From IMG/VR virus record IMGVR_UViG_3300036761_001804, positions 1 to 50,782 of that record: 50,782 nt of DNA. One strand, written 5' to 3'. Positions 26,323 to 35,965 of this stretch are shown here, piece by piece. The first letter of the stretch is position 1; every line of letters starts with the position of its first letter. The notes under the pieces were generated by a model. The model was not told where the DNA came from. It searched no databases and saw only the letters and a list, made by a program, of their open reading frames with translations. Origin of the DNA: a virus (Duplodnaviria; Caudoviricetes). A program made the translations under genes and the position numbers.

Positions 26323-29300
26323 CTATGGATGCGACGGAGGACCACCGGCCACGCATTCAAGCCAGCAACAATTTGCTGAAAGTGTACTGGCACTACTCAT
26401 CACTAGTTGGTAGGCTTCAAAGAAGTTTACAAACATTGGACCGGCTGCGTAGACCGTTACACCAGGGGCGCCCACCATACACCGATCTTCTCCGGGCGCC
26501 GTGGTGCCATTTATCTGGCATACAGGTGACGTGGTATCCTCTTGGAATGTACATGTGGATGAGCCAGCGTCAGCACTGTAGGTGCAAGCATTGATGTTGT
26601 TCTTGGCAAATCTCGCACGGAAGAACTTATTATTTGGTACGTCCACGCTGATCACACATTGAATATCGCTGACTGTGCGAGCATAAGGCGCGAGAGCCGA
26701 TTGTAGGCGCTGTGAAGGCGTCAGGTCGCACGCGGCACTGGAACTCATTGCTGGCGCGCAATATTCCGTTGTGTTGTTCACAGTTGATATAACGCACATG
26801 TTGGTACAGGTACCCGTGACCGCCTGCGAGCCTACTTGAAGTTGGGGCGTGGGCTTATCAGTCGGGATTGGTGAAACAGTCGGGATCGGAGTTGGGGTGA
26901 TGGTCAAAGTCGGCGTCACGCCTGTTGTTGGTGTAATGGTCGGCGTGCGCGTCGGCGTGACCGTTACTGTGGGCGTCGGGGTGCTCGTCGGGGTCAGTGT
27001 TGCCGCTGTCGCTGTTGGGGTAAGCGTGGGCGTGACTGCGATGAGTACCTTGCTCAAGAAGTCCGCGTCGCCTTGCACATCAAGGGTGTGATTTGGCGCT
27101 TGGTCTGCACCAATAACCGTAAACCCCGCGAACCTGTTGGTGACAATCGGATCAACTTGCTCGATCCCGATCGCTCCGGTTGCAGGATCTATCGAACTAT
27201 CGAGATACAATTGTACGGGAGGATTGGTATAGATTACTACTCCACCACTAATCGTCCAACCCCCAACATAGAGCATTTTGGCATTGGTGGCCGTTCCAGC
27301 GGTCATCAACGATGACCCTGCCGCGTTCGTACCTGAAACGCTCAAACCCCGCAGATCAGTGGCAATTCCCGTTTGGAGAATACCGCCATTCATCCCTACA
27401 CCAACATGCGCGCCGTACACCTTCCCAATGGTGATACTGCTCTCATAACTCGCGTTGAGATTCGCCCCAAGCAGACGCAGTGGCGCAGCAGAACTTTGCG
27501 ACCGATGAGTGGCTGTAGCGAGAAGCCCATCCGTCTCTACGCAGCGTCCAGAGCTTCCCGCATCCGAGACTTGCCCGATCGTGCCCGTTGGTCCGCAGAA
27601 TGCTATGGAGTCTAGTCCGGTGACAGTCGTGTAGGTGCCGAATCCGTTGTAGTTCGTATTACCGCGTAGACCGCCGAGTGTCAAGCCGGTCGTGCCTGCT
27701 GCTGAGGTATTGTCTGCTGCTGTAAATGACCCTCCGTACACCGAAGCATTAGCACTCCACTCGCTTCCCGGTACTCCTGTGGTATTCAGATACCTGACAG
27801 AGAGAGGCGAAAATGACGAAGTCGGGTTTATCCCGATTCCCATGATATCAAACCGGTCATTGTACTGGCTTTTGCATGCCCACCCGAGACAGATAGCGGT
27901 CTTCGTTACTTGAGGTCCTCCATTTGACATTAACGTCATTCCGGTGTTGGGCCAAATACCCCCCATGATCACAGGCAACATTGACTGCCCTTCCACGACA
28001 AGGATGGGCGTGGAAGTTGTTGTGGGTGCGCTTGTTGCTGTGGGAGTAGGCGTCGTACCCAGCACGGGCGTCGCTGTTTTAGTCGGAGAGGCTGTTTTCG
28101 TGCTCGTCAGAGTCGGCGTTGGTGATGCGGTTGCTGTGGGGGTAGGCCCGATATGCTCGTAAGCATCTACTTGTAGAAGGCAGCTTATTTCCATGAGCGT
28201 GCCCGCAGCATTGAAGGTGAAACATGTGGGCGTTGGGGCGGGCGTTGCCGTCAGTGTCAGCGTTGCCGTCGGACTGTCCGTCGGCGTGTTCGTCATGGTC
28301 GGCGTCGGGGTGTCTGTCACCGTCGGCGTGGCCGTCTTCGTCGGGGTCGCCGTCACCGTCACCGTGGGCGTTGCCGTGAGCGTCGGAGTGGCTGTGACCG
28401 TCGGGGTCGGCGTGACCGTGGGCGTCGCGGTCACGGTCGGCGTTGGCGTGACCGTCACCGTCGGCGTTGGCGTCTCGGTCTCCGTCGGGGTCGAACTGAC
28501 AGTGGCACTCGGTGTTGGGATACACGCCACTGCCGCAGCACACTTGAGTTCTAGTTGGATAACGTCCACGACTGGGGTTTCTAACTCGACATTATTGAAG
28601 ATGATGTCCAGGGAGTTGCTCTCCAACTCCACGTAGTTGTCCGTAGTACAAAACTCATCGTTCCCACAGATTGCAAGCACTGGTCCCGTGGTGGGAGTCG
28701 GAACAGGGGTTGTCGTACTCGTCGAAGTAGGCGTGGGCGTATCAGTCACGGTCGGTGTCGCCGTTACCGTGGGGGCAGGAGTCACCGTTACGGTCGGTGT
28801 CACGATACACGAGTTCACTTCCGCGCAGATGTTGCACGCTTGAATGTCCACGCACACATCAACAGTAGCAGTCGCGGTAGGCGTAGGCGTCACCGTAACA
28901 GTGGCAGTTGGTGAGAGCGTGGGAGTTCCCGTAGCTGTTATCGTGGCCGTGGGAGTGACCGTGGCCGTGGGGGTCGGCGTAGCTGTGCGCGTTGGCGTAG
29001 GCGTGCTCGTGGGCGTAGCCGTGGGGTCCGGGTAGCACACGGCGTTCCCGTTCTCTGCGATCCCGATCGCGTGGAACCCCGGGGTCGGGCACAACTTCGG
29101 CGCGAAGCACAACTCATCAGAGCAGTGATGCTTGTGGCATTGCGCCGATGAGACACCGTTCCCGCACTCCGCGCCCCAGAGGAACTCGTTCCCATCGTAG
29201 GTCGGGCAGTCCCCGAGTACGGGGGCCTGCCCGGGCGCGAAGAGCGTCTTCGGGCTCACCGGCTGCTGCGCAGCAGCAACCGTCGCGAACATGAGACACG

Positions 29301-29328
29301 CGATAATGGCAATGAACTTGCGCATCAT
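26323..29328 (-). CDS. Signal-peptide-bearing, Cys-rich, Thr/Pro-repeat tail-fibre-like protein
   Basis: MMRKFIAIIACLMFATVAAA signal; several long TPT tracts; fibre-like IG...P...L.V.G repeats; ATGA overlap with the upstream gene. Confidence 0.75.
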   Translation of the reverse strand: MMRKFIAIIACLMFATVAAAQQPVSPKTLFAPGQAPVLGDCPTYDGNEFLWGAECGNGVSSAQCHKHHCSDELCFAPKLCPTPGFHAIGIAENGNAVCYPDPTATPTSTPTPTRTATPTPTATVTPTATITATGTPTLSPTATVTVTPTPTATATVDVCVDIQACNICAEVNSCIVTPTVTVTPAPTVTATPTVTDTPTPTSTSTTTPVPTPTTGPVLAICGNDEFCTTDNYVELESNSLDIIFNNVELETPVVDVIQLELKCAAAVACIPTPSATVSSTPTETETPTPTVTVTPTPTVTATPTVTPTPTVTATPTLTATPTVTVTATPTKTATPTVTDTPTPTMTNTPTDSPTATLTLTATPAPTPTCFTFNAAGTLMEISCLLQVDAYEHIGPTPTATASPTPTLTSTKTASPTKTATPVLGTTPTPTATSAPTTTSTPILVVEGQSMLPVIMGGIWPNTGMTLMSNGGPQVTKTAICLGWACKSQYNDRFDIMGIGINPTSSFSPLSVRYLNTTGVPGSEWSANASVYGGSFTAADNTSAAGTTGLTLGGLRGNTNYNGFGTYTTVTGLDSIAFCGPTGTIGQVSDAGSSGRCVETDGLLATATHRSQSSAAPLRLLGANLNASYESSITIGKVYGAHVGVGMNGGILQTGIATDLRGLSVSGTNAAGSSLMTAGTATNAKMLYVGGWTISGGVVIYTNPPVQLYLDSSIDPATGAIGIEQVDPIVTNRFAGFTVIGADQAPNHTLDVQGDADFLSKVLIAVTPTLTPTATAATLTPTSTPTPTVTVTPTRTPTITPTTGVTPTLTITPTPIPTVSPIPTDKPTPQLQVGSQAVTGTCTNMCVISTVNNTTEYCAPAMSSSAACDLTPSQRLQSALAPYARTVSDIQCVISVDVPNNKFFRARFAKNNINACTYSADAGSSTCTFQEDTTSPVCQINGTTAPGEDRCMVGAPGVTVYAAGPMFVNFFEAYQLVMSSASTLSANCCWLECVAGGPPSHP

Positions 29329-31859
29329 GGCGTAGCCGTGGCCGTGGGCGTGCCCGTGGGCGTCGGTGTCGTGGTCCGCGTCGGACACGGATCAGTCAGC
29401 GTACACAGGTGAAAGAACGGGCACGTCGGCGTCGGGGTCGGGGTCCGTGTCGCCGTCAAGGTTGGCGTGGGCGTAGCGGTACGCGTCGGTGTAGGCGTCG
29501 CGGTTCGTGTCGGCGTAGCAGTCCTTGTGACCGTGGGCGTGGCTGCTGGCGTCGTCGTCGCGGTGAGAGTCGGCGTGGGGGTCGCCGTCGCCGTAGGGGT
29601 CGCCGTCAACGTAGGCGTGGGTGTCGTGGTTGGTGTTGGCGTCGTTGTTGCTACGCAATCTTCAGGCCCTCCGCAGACCCCGAATGTCGCGGTCGGCGTT
29701 GCGACGCCGCCTCCGGGGGTAAAGGTTTTCGTCGCCGTAGGTGTCGGGGTAAGTTCACCGCCCCCTGGGGTAAACGTGGGAGTCACCGTGGGCTCTGGCA
29801 CCGCCGCGCAGTCGAAGAAGCAATCCGCGTCAACGGTGCACGCGTTGTAGACACACAGGTCGGCGATTTCGCCGCCCTGGCAATAGCCCATCAAGCCAGG
29901 ATGGGTGCAGGTATTCACACACGGGATGTTCGTGGTGTGTGTGACGAGTTCATCGCTATCTGTGCAGAAATCCCCATCCGGGAAGCTGAAGCACGTATTC
30001 CCATGCGCCCCGCATCCACAGGCAGTCCCGCACGCAGGCCCGCAGAACTGGAGTTGCGCGAAACACGTATTCGAGTCAGGCCGACAGGCATTGCTCTGCC
30101 CGCACACGCTTCCGTTATGCACCCCGCCCAGGCAGCACGAGGCCACGCCCGGGGTCGCCGTGATCGTAGGTGTCGGGGTCGCGGTCAACGTCGGTGTTGC
30201 TGTAATCGTAGGGGTAGGTGTCTTCGTCTTGGTCGGTGTAGGGGTCAGGCAATGACAGATGCAATCCGGCGGCCCGGTGCCGGTGGCGTCGCAAGAACAG
30301 TCCGTGCCCACACACTGGCCGAAGGCTGCGCAGAAGGCAGCCCCGTCGATAAACCCGCATGCCTCGGGCGTCCTGGTCGGTGTAGCAGTCACAGTCGGCG
30401 TGTCCGTGGGCGCCGTGCTCGTCGCTGTGGGCGTGGGCGTCCTCGTAGGTGTCGGTGTAAGCGTTGGCGTAGCCGTAACCGTAGGCGTTGGTGTACTTGC
30501 CGCGTCCAGGGATTCCATGGTGAACGCGATATCACCCATCGTGGCGGCGAGCGCGGCCGAGGGCACCAGCATGATGCTGCAACACGTACTTCCAGGGATA
30601 CTCGCGGCGACAGCGGAGAACAGCATGCTTTTGTTGCCCGCCAGAATCGTTCCGAGAAGAGTGTCCGTTGTCCCGGCTGTGATCGCCGCTACACAGGTTT
30701 GTGTACTCGTGGGCGCTGTGGTCGCGCATCGCGTGGACACAGCAATAGTCTTGGCCCCGTCTGGCGCCGTGGTAATGGCAATTCCACCGTACAGAGAACT
30801 CTGGACCTTCGGCGGAGTCAAGAACATCACGTTCTCAGTCTGCGCGGTCCCACATGTCGTATCATTCGCCGTGGGCATCCCGCAGAACCGTGTTCCCGTG
30901 CCTGAAGCGGTTGCCCCAAAGGCCCAGATATTTGCCCCAGTTTGAAGTGTTCCTGAACTGTCCACGGTGCACGTATAGGCCATTTGCACCGTCGTGTTAC
31001 TTGCGCTTCGAATATATTTCGCGCTGAAACACTGGCCCACGGGGATGCTCAACGTCCCCATGGTGGCCACGCAACTATTGTTTCCAGTCGTCGCGGAACA
31101 CTGATCCGTATCCGTGTAAACGAGATCTTGGCAGTTCTTCGTGAGATCAGCGCTCAACGCGGTAGTGCTGATGTGGGATTGGAATTTGCGGGTACCCGCG
31201 CTATCCCCTGCGAAGGCCATGCCCATTGCGCATTGCGCGATGTCGCGCGGAGCAATGAAATGCATCGAGTTCGTCTCAGTCGCGCCGAAACGCGGCCCAT
31301 GGAACCCGTCCGCGTTGTCGTTGCCGTTTCCGAGCGCTTGAAATTGCATGAGGCCATCCGCGCCGCTCGCGGTGGACGTGCATTGCACCCCCGTCGTGAG
31401 GACGGTGGACGAAGGGGAACCCGCCTCCGCGATCCCGATTTTCATGCACGAGTGCGCCGCGTGGCTCGTGAGCGTCACCACACTTTCAAGGACGGTTTGC
31501 GTGGTTCCGGTGATAGTCCCTACCGTGACCGCTGTCATCCCCGCGTCTCGCGAGGAACAACTCTCACTCGCGGCAAGCGCCGACGTGTCATAGTAGAGAC
31601 TGATAGTCCACGTCTTCGCGGAACCGGCGGCCGCTGCCGCCTTCACGATCACATCGCAAGTGGCAAGCGTATCTTCCACGAGCCACCACGACGTTGCCGC
31701 GGTTGTCGAGCACCCCGTCGCAGCGCAGAACACCGAGGCACTAGTCGATGTTCCACCCTGGGCGTAGAAATTATCCCCGCCGTCGATGGTATTCCCAAAC
31801 GCGAGTCCAGGCACCAGGACCGCGAGGCACAGCAGCAGTATGCGAAGCGAGCGGATTAT
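29325..31859 (-). CDS. Signal-peptide-bearing, Cys-rich, Thr/Pro-repeat protein (probable ATA start)
   Basis: In-frame (M)IRSLRILLLCLAVLVPGLAFG upstream of the tracked GTG; beta-rich Cys-containing N-terminal domains; TPT tracts; Cys-rich modules. Confidence 0.75.
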   Translation of the reverse strand: MIRSLRILLLCLAVLVPGLAFGNTIDGGDNFYAQGGTSTSASVFCAATGCSTTAATSWWLVEDTLATCDVIVKAAAAAGSAKTWTISLYYDTSALAASESCSSRDAGMTAVTVGTITGTTQTVLESVVTLTSHAAHSCMKIGIAEAGSPSSTVLTTGVQCTSTASGADGLMQFQALGNGNDNADGFHGPRFGATETNSMHFIAPRDIAQCAMGMAFAGDSAGTRKFQSHISTTALSADLTKNCQDLVYTDTDQCSATTGNNSCVATMGTLSIPVGQCFSAKYIRSASNTTVQMAYTCTVDSSGTLQTGANIWAFGATASGTGTRFCGMPTANDTTCGTAQTENVMFLTPPKVQSSLYGGIAITTAPDGAKTIAVSTRCATTAPTSTQTCVAAITAGTTDTLLGTILAGNKSMLFSAVAASIPGSTCCSIMLVPSAALAATMGDIAFTMESLDAASTPTPTVTATPTLTPTPTRTPTPTATSTAPTDTPTVTATPTRTPEACGFIDGAAFCAAFGQCVGTDCSCDATGTGPPDCICHCLTPTPTKTKTPTPTITATPTLTATPTPTITATPGVASCCLGGVHNGSVCGQSNACRPDSNTCFAQLQFCGPACGTACGCGAHGNTCFSFPDGDFCTDSDELVTHTTNIPCVNTCTHPGLMGYCQGGEIADLCVYNACTVDADCFFDCAAVPEPTVTPTFTPGGGELTPTPTATKTFTPGGGVATPTATFGVCGGPEDCVATTTPTPTTTPTPTLTATPTATATPTPTLTATTTPAATPTVTRTATPTRTATPTPTRTATPTPTLTATRTPTPTPTCPFFHLCTLTDPCPTRTTTPTPTGTPTATATP

Positions 31860-32944
31860 ATGCCCTGTGAGTAACGTGGAGGCGGAGCCTGATCGGCTCG
31901 GCGTGCGGCCAGCGTGGCCTGCATGCGCGTATCTTCGGCTTGTCCTGCGGAAATGCTAGGGCGCCGACCCTGTGTCGCGATAGCGTTCTGCGTACCCAAC
32001 TGCTGCGCATTCACGCCCGCGAAGCCCAGGGCGTTGTTCTTGTCGAACTCGCGTTGCTTCTCCGCGCGGTCCAGATTCCCCTGGCTCGTACCCACGTCGA
32101 ACTCCCGGGCCTGCTCTTTGATCTTCTGCTGCGCCAGTTGCCACTCCACGGCCAGGCTCCGCGACATCTGGTTGTACTTGGCGTTGTCAATCATGCTGTT
32201 GTTGAACTGCTCGTCCAACTGCGCCTGGAGTTCGTTGGCCTTGGCCTTGGCATCGGCGAAGCCGAGTTGTGCCGTCTGGACCAACTGCGCGAAGCCCAGG
32301 TCTACGTGCGCCTGGTCACTATTGCGCGCCGCTAGCGCCTGCCCGAACTGCGTGTTCATCGCCGTCTCGGCCTGGTTGTACGAGTTGATCTGCGAGTTCA
32401 TGGATTCCGAGGCACGCTGGTACTGGTCGCCTTCTTCCTTGCGGATCTGGGCAGCCCCGGCGAAGCCCTCGCCTGCCACGGCCTTCATCTTGTCCAGCGC
32501 CGCTTGCTTCGCCGCGCCCTGGAACCCACCCGCGTAGCCCGCGCGCGAGGTATTCTCCTGCGCTTGCCGCCGCGCCTCGTCGGCCGTCGAACTCGTCTGC
32601 GAGTCTGCTAGGCCCATCAGGTTCGCGAACGCGCTCGTGTGCGTGGGATCGTTGAACCCGGACGCCGCGCGCCGCACGTCGCCGCGCGTCACGTCGATGT
32701 TCCCTTGCTGATGCTTCAGGCTCGCATCCATCTCCGGGGAACTGAAGTCGCTCCGGTTCGGGGCGCCGATCACAGGCCGCGTGCCGGGCGTCGGATAATC
32801 GCTTGGGTTCGGTCCCCGCACCTTCGGCGGCTTGATCGGCGCGTTCGCGGGGCCACTATTGAAAATGTCGAACATACCGCCGCCGCCGCCCGCCGTGCCG
32901 CCGATGAAATTGCTCCGAACTGAACCGCCAGTATTGAAAGCCAC
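31856..32944 (-). CDS. Putative internal virion (ejection/pilot-like) protein
   Basis: Gly-rich N-terminus; Gln/Ala/Asn-rich helical body with QREFD repeats. Confidence 0.55.
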   Translation of the reverse strand: MAFNTGGSVRSNFIGGTAGGGGGMFDIFNSGPANAPIKPPKVRGPNPSDYPTPGTRPVIGAPNRSDFSSPEMDASLKHQQGNIDVTRGDVRRAASGFNDPTHTSAFANLMGLADSQTSSTADEARRQAQENTSRAGYAGGFQGAAKQAALDKMKAVAGEGFAGAAQIRKEEGDQYQRASESMNSQINSYNQAETAMNTQFGQALAARNSDQAHVDLGFAQLVQTAQLGFADAKAKANELQAQLDEQFNNSMIDNAKYNQMSRSLAVEWQLAQQKIKEQAREFDVGTSQGNLDRAEKQREFDKNNALGFAGVNAQQLGTQNAIATQGRRPSISAGQAEDTRMQATLAARRADQAPPPRYSQGI

Positions 32945-32949
32945 GTTGC

Positions 32950-33384
32950 TTACCTCTTCGGTTTGTAGACCATGACGATCGTGTCGCCAGGGTCCGGTGC
33001 GTCCCCGAGGACGATCACCGTGGGTGCGTTCATGCTGAAGTAGAACTCCCCGGTCGCCGGGCTCGGTGCGTCTGACCGGATCAACGGGGTAGTGGTTCCA
33101 CCGTGCTGCAAGACTACAACGATATTAAGCCCTTGTACAGGCGTGCGCCCGACGAAGGTCTTGTTCGCGCTGTCGAACGCGCCCGCCGGGGGCCAGTCGT
33201 ACTGGAGATCCTCGGCCGTCACGCTCGGGACGCTCTCGTTCCCAAGGCGCAGTGCCGCGTGCGCAAGAGAACGCTGGTTTGAACCGGGCTTCGTGCGCTC
33301 GGCCTGGAGATCCCCGCCCTGGCCCCGGTGCCGCAGGAACACCTTGTTCCTAGCGTTGATCAGATTTTCTCTAGCAGTGGCCAT
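32950..33384 (-). CDS. Virion structural protein
   Basis: TAATG coupling; C-terminal AP..GD.I...Y beta-sandwich motif. Confidence 0.55.
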   Translation of the reverse strand: MATARENLINARNKVFLRHRGQGGDLQAERTKPGSNQRSLAHAALRLGNESVPSVTAEDLQYDWPPAGAFDSANKTFVGRTPVQGLNIVVVLQHGGTTTPLIRSDAPSPATGEFYFSMNAPTVIVLGDAPDPGDTIVMVYKPKR

Positions 33385-34076
33385 TACTTAGACCTCTTAT
33401 TCGCGGGCAGGCGCTTCCCGAGCACGTCCCACGTAGCAAACCACGAGTTGATTTGCACAGGGTCGTTGCTTGCATTTTCCAAGCGCACGGTGAACGAGCG
33501 ACCCTTGACCGCGATCAGGGCACGCATCAACTGTGCGGTCTGCCGTACCCCGATGCGCCACGTCTCCTGCTCGCGCTCCGTCTCGCCGACGCTGATGCGC
33601 CACACCGCCTCGGGGCCTTGCGTTGGAGCGTTCTTCAACGAGAACTGGATCTCGCGAAAGCGCTTCAACACGTTGAGCGCGTAACCGCCCCGGCCCTCGG
33701 TGTCCGCCAGGTTGTACGGGACGGGGCCGAACTTGATCATCCGGTAGATCGGGGCGAACGTGTTTGGCTCCCACTCGTCGCGAAAGCGCGTATAGTCCAG
33801 GGCGTAGATTCTATTCTGAACCGCCACGGTGATCAGGTCGTTCCCGATCTGATCTTCGATCTGTGCCGACAGACTAGTCGGGATGTCCCAGATGCTCCAC
33901 GCCCCGCGCTGGTTGCCCAGGGCCTCGTCGCCCGGGAGCGGGCTCAAGTCCATGTTGTAGATGAAGTTGCCCCAGCGATCCTTGAGGCACCCAGGGTCGG
34001 TACACTTCAACCGCCCCGGGATAGTGCCCACGTCTTCCTCGTAGAAGTCTTCACAGGGAATGAATGCCACACTCAT
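33384..34076 (-). CDS. C-terminal part of tail nozzle/stabilisation protein
   Basis: FIYN...GAWSIWD, IYALD, KRFREI and KGR.F.VRL resemble the distal half of P22 gp10/T7 gp12-type nozzles. Confidence 0.55.
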   Translation of the reverse strand: MSVAFIPCEDFYEEDVGTIPGRLKCTDPGCLKDRWGNFIYNMDLSPLPGDEALGNQRGAWSIWDIPTSLSAQIEDQIGNDLITVAVQNRIYALDYTRFRDEWEPNTFAPIYRMIKFGPVPYNLADTEGRGGYALNVLKRFREIQFSLKNAPTQGPEAVWRISVGETEREQETWRIGVRQTAQLMRALIAVKGRSFTVRLENASNDPVQINSWFATWDVLGKRLPANKRSK

Positions 34077-35965
34077 GGGCTACAATCCTCGGCTTCCTGC
34101 GTGCCCGTCAAGTCCGTGGTGTTCATCACCAGCGTCACGTCCTGCACCGTGAACGCATCTGACGTGAACCGCGTGCGCACGATTACATCCACGACGAAGC
34201 ACACGACGTTGGCGCCCTCGAAACGTCCACCAGCGCCACCATCGGCGGCGATGTCCGCCAGGGACGCATCGGGCAACCAAATGTCCTTCTCGCGCGCAGC
34301 CGGATCGTGGAAGATGTTCGCGTAGCGGCAGTACCCGCGCAAGTCGCGCCCGAAGGCAGATCGGGGCTTCGTACTCGCGGTATGGTCAATCGCGTCATTC
34401 TGGCCCGGGTCTAGCCGGGGCATGCGTAGGATGATCGACGCGTCGTGCCCAGAGGCGCTGTGCCTGTGCGAGCCCAGGAAGGAGAACTCGAAATACCCGT
34501 TCCCAAGGAACGGCTGGGCATACGGGGTCAAGAGCAGCCCCGGGCTCAGGTTGTCCACCCAGGAAGTCTCGAAGTCCACGAACGGCGGCGCGGCCGGGAT
34601 CGGGTCAGCAACGCTCCGAATCCCGGCGGCCCCGTTGGCGTAGCCAATCGAGTCCATCACGATCGTCGGGAATAGCGGCGGGCTGGCGCCGACAATCGCG
34701 GCCGTGGTGAACCGGAACGAACGCACGCGTAGACCAATCCTGCACTGTGACGGGAGATGGTCCAATTTGATCCTGAACCCATAGGGAAGTGGATTGGAAA
34801 ACGTGCCCACGATCGTGGCACTATCCACCGGCCCATAGTTGAACCCATCCGTCACAGCCGAGGGATCAGTCGTGATCAACGCCGGCACGTTCGCGCCCGC
34901 GAACGACGCGGCCTTGGCGAAGTCTGTTCCCGTGAACGTCACGATCTTCCTGAACCCGCGCTCCTGTTTCGCGGGATCTTGCGGCTCCGGGTTCCGGGGA
35001 TCTGGGATGTACTCGCCAGTCTTCGGGTCCACGTATGTCTCGATCGGCTGCCTCGGCAGTACCTGCGGATCGTTGATCGGCAACTTCTGTTTCGGCTCCC
35101 CAGTCTTGTCCGGGTCAAAGCACGGCAACTCCGTATGCGCGAGCAAGTCTTCAAAGTACGCCAGTTGATCCGGCGTCATCGAGTCCTTGAACGCCTGGAG
35201 CGCAACAGGGTCGCACAGGTCCACGAGAGGCAGAACAGGAGGCTCGCTCGGAGGAGTCGGCCCGCCAGCGTCGGGAGGGATCGTCGGCCAGTCGAACGGC
35301 GGCGTATCACAGACGCTCGGGGCGTAGTTGGTACAATCGAGTGGTGGCGTAAGACACGCCTCGTCGGTCGCGCACGGTCCCGGGTCGATGCACTCGATCG
35401 TAGGATCGGCGTGACAGTCCCCGGGCGTTTCGATTCGATCATGGCAGGCGCCGAAAAGGTGGACAGCGATGAAGTCGTTGTGGACAGTGTACCCCGAGGC
35501 CACGGCAATCGTGATCCACACCTTGTCGATGCCCTGGAGCGCCACCGCCAGGCGCATGTCGAAGAACTTCGCGCGCCCGCTCCGGGTGCCCCGGAACGGG
35601 TCGTTGAGCAAGATCCTGTTCTGGAGCGTCCAGGTACTGTCCAGGCTGCTATGGGTCCAGAACTCCAGAGCGCTCGTGTTCAGGACGCTCTCGTCGAACA
35701 CCGCCGAGATCTTGGGCAGCACGCCCCAGAACCGGGAGCACCGGCGCTCGAACGTGAACAGCAGGCCCTCGTGGGTGAAGGACGATCCCGGTGGCACCGT
35801 GGTGATCAGATCCTGGTCGTAGAACACGTTCTCGTTCGCGGGCAGCGCGGCGGGCGTCCCTGCGGGATCAAGACTATCGTAGGCGCTCGTGCTCTGGATC
35901 GAGTAATTAGTATCCGCGTCCAGGCCAATCTGACGGATACGCCCGAGGAAGACAGAATGTGCCAT
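34073..35965 (-). CDS. Virion-associated protein with central Cys/Pro-rich region
   Basis: 630-aa ORF coupled by TGATG and ATGA overlaps; beta-rich ends. Confidence 0.65.
   Translation of the reverse strand: MAHSVFLGRIRQIGLDADTNYSIQSTSAYDSLDPAGTPAALPANENVFYDQDLITTVPPGSSFTHEGLLFTFERRCSRFWGVLPKISAVFDESVLNTSALEFWTHSSLDSTWTLQNRILLNDPFRGTRSGRAKFFDMRLAVALQGIDKVWITIAVASGYTVHNDFIAVHLFGACHDRIETPGDCHADPTIECIDPGPCATDEACLTPPLDCTNYAPSVCDTPPFDWPTIPPDAGGPTPPSEPPVLPLVDLCDPVALQAFKDSMTPDQLAYFEDLLAHTELPCFDPDKTGEPKQKLPINDPQVLPRQPIETYVDPKTGEYIPDPRNPEPQDPAKQERGFRKIVTFTGTDFAKAASFAGANVPALITTDPSAVTDGFNYGPVDSATIVGTFSNPLPYGFRIKLDHLPSQCRIGLRVRSFRFTTAAIVGASPPLFPTIVMDSIGYANGAAGIRSVADPIPAAPPFVDFETSWVDNLSPGLLLTPYAQPFLGNGYFEFSFLGSHRHSASGHDASIILRMPRLDPGQNDAIDHTASTKPRSAFGRDLRGYCRYANIFHDPAAREKDIWLPDASLADIAADGGAGGRFEGANVVCFVVDVIVRTRFTSDAFTVQDVTLVMNTTDLTGTQEAEDCSP

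Noticed and set aside
28193-30945. Val/Gly-repeat ORFs on the + strand
   Set aside because: Antisense shadows of the Thr/Pro-repeat genes.
26323-31859. Diversity-generating retroelement or invertible fibre cassette
   Set aside because: No reverse transcriptase or invertase, and no TR/VR pair was seen.
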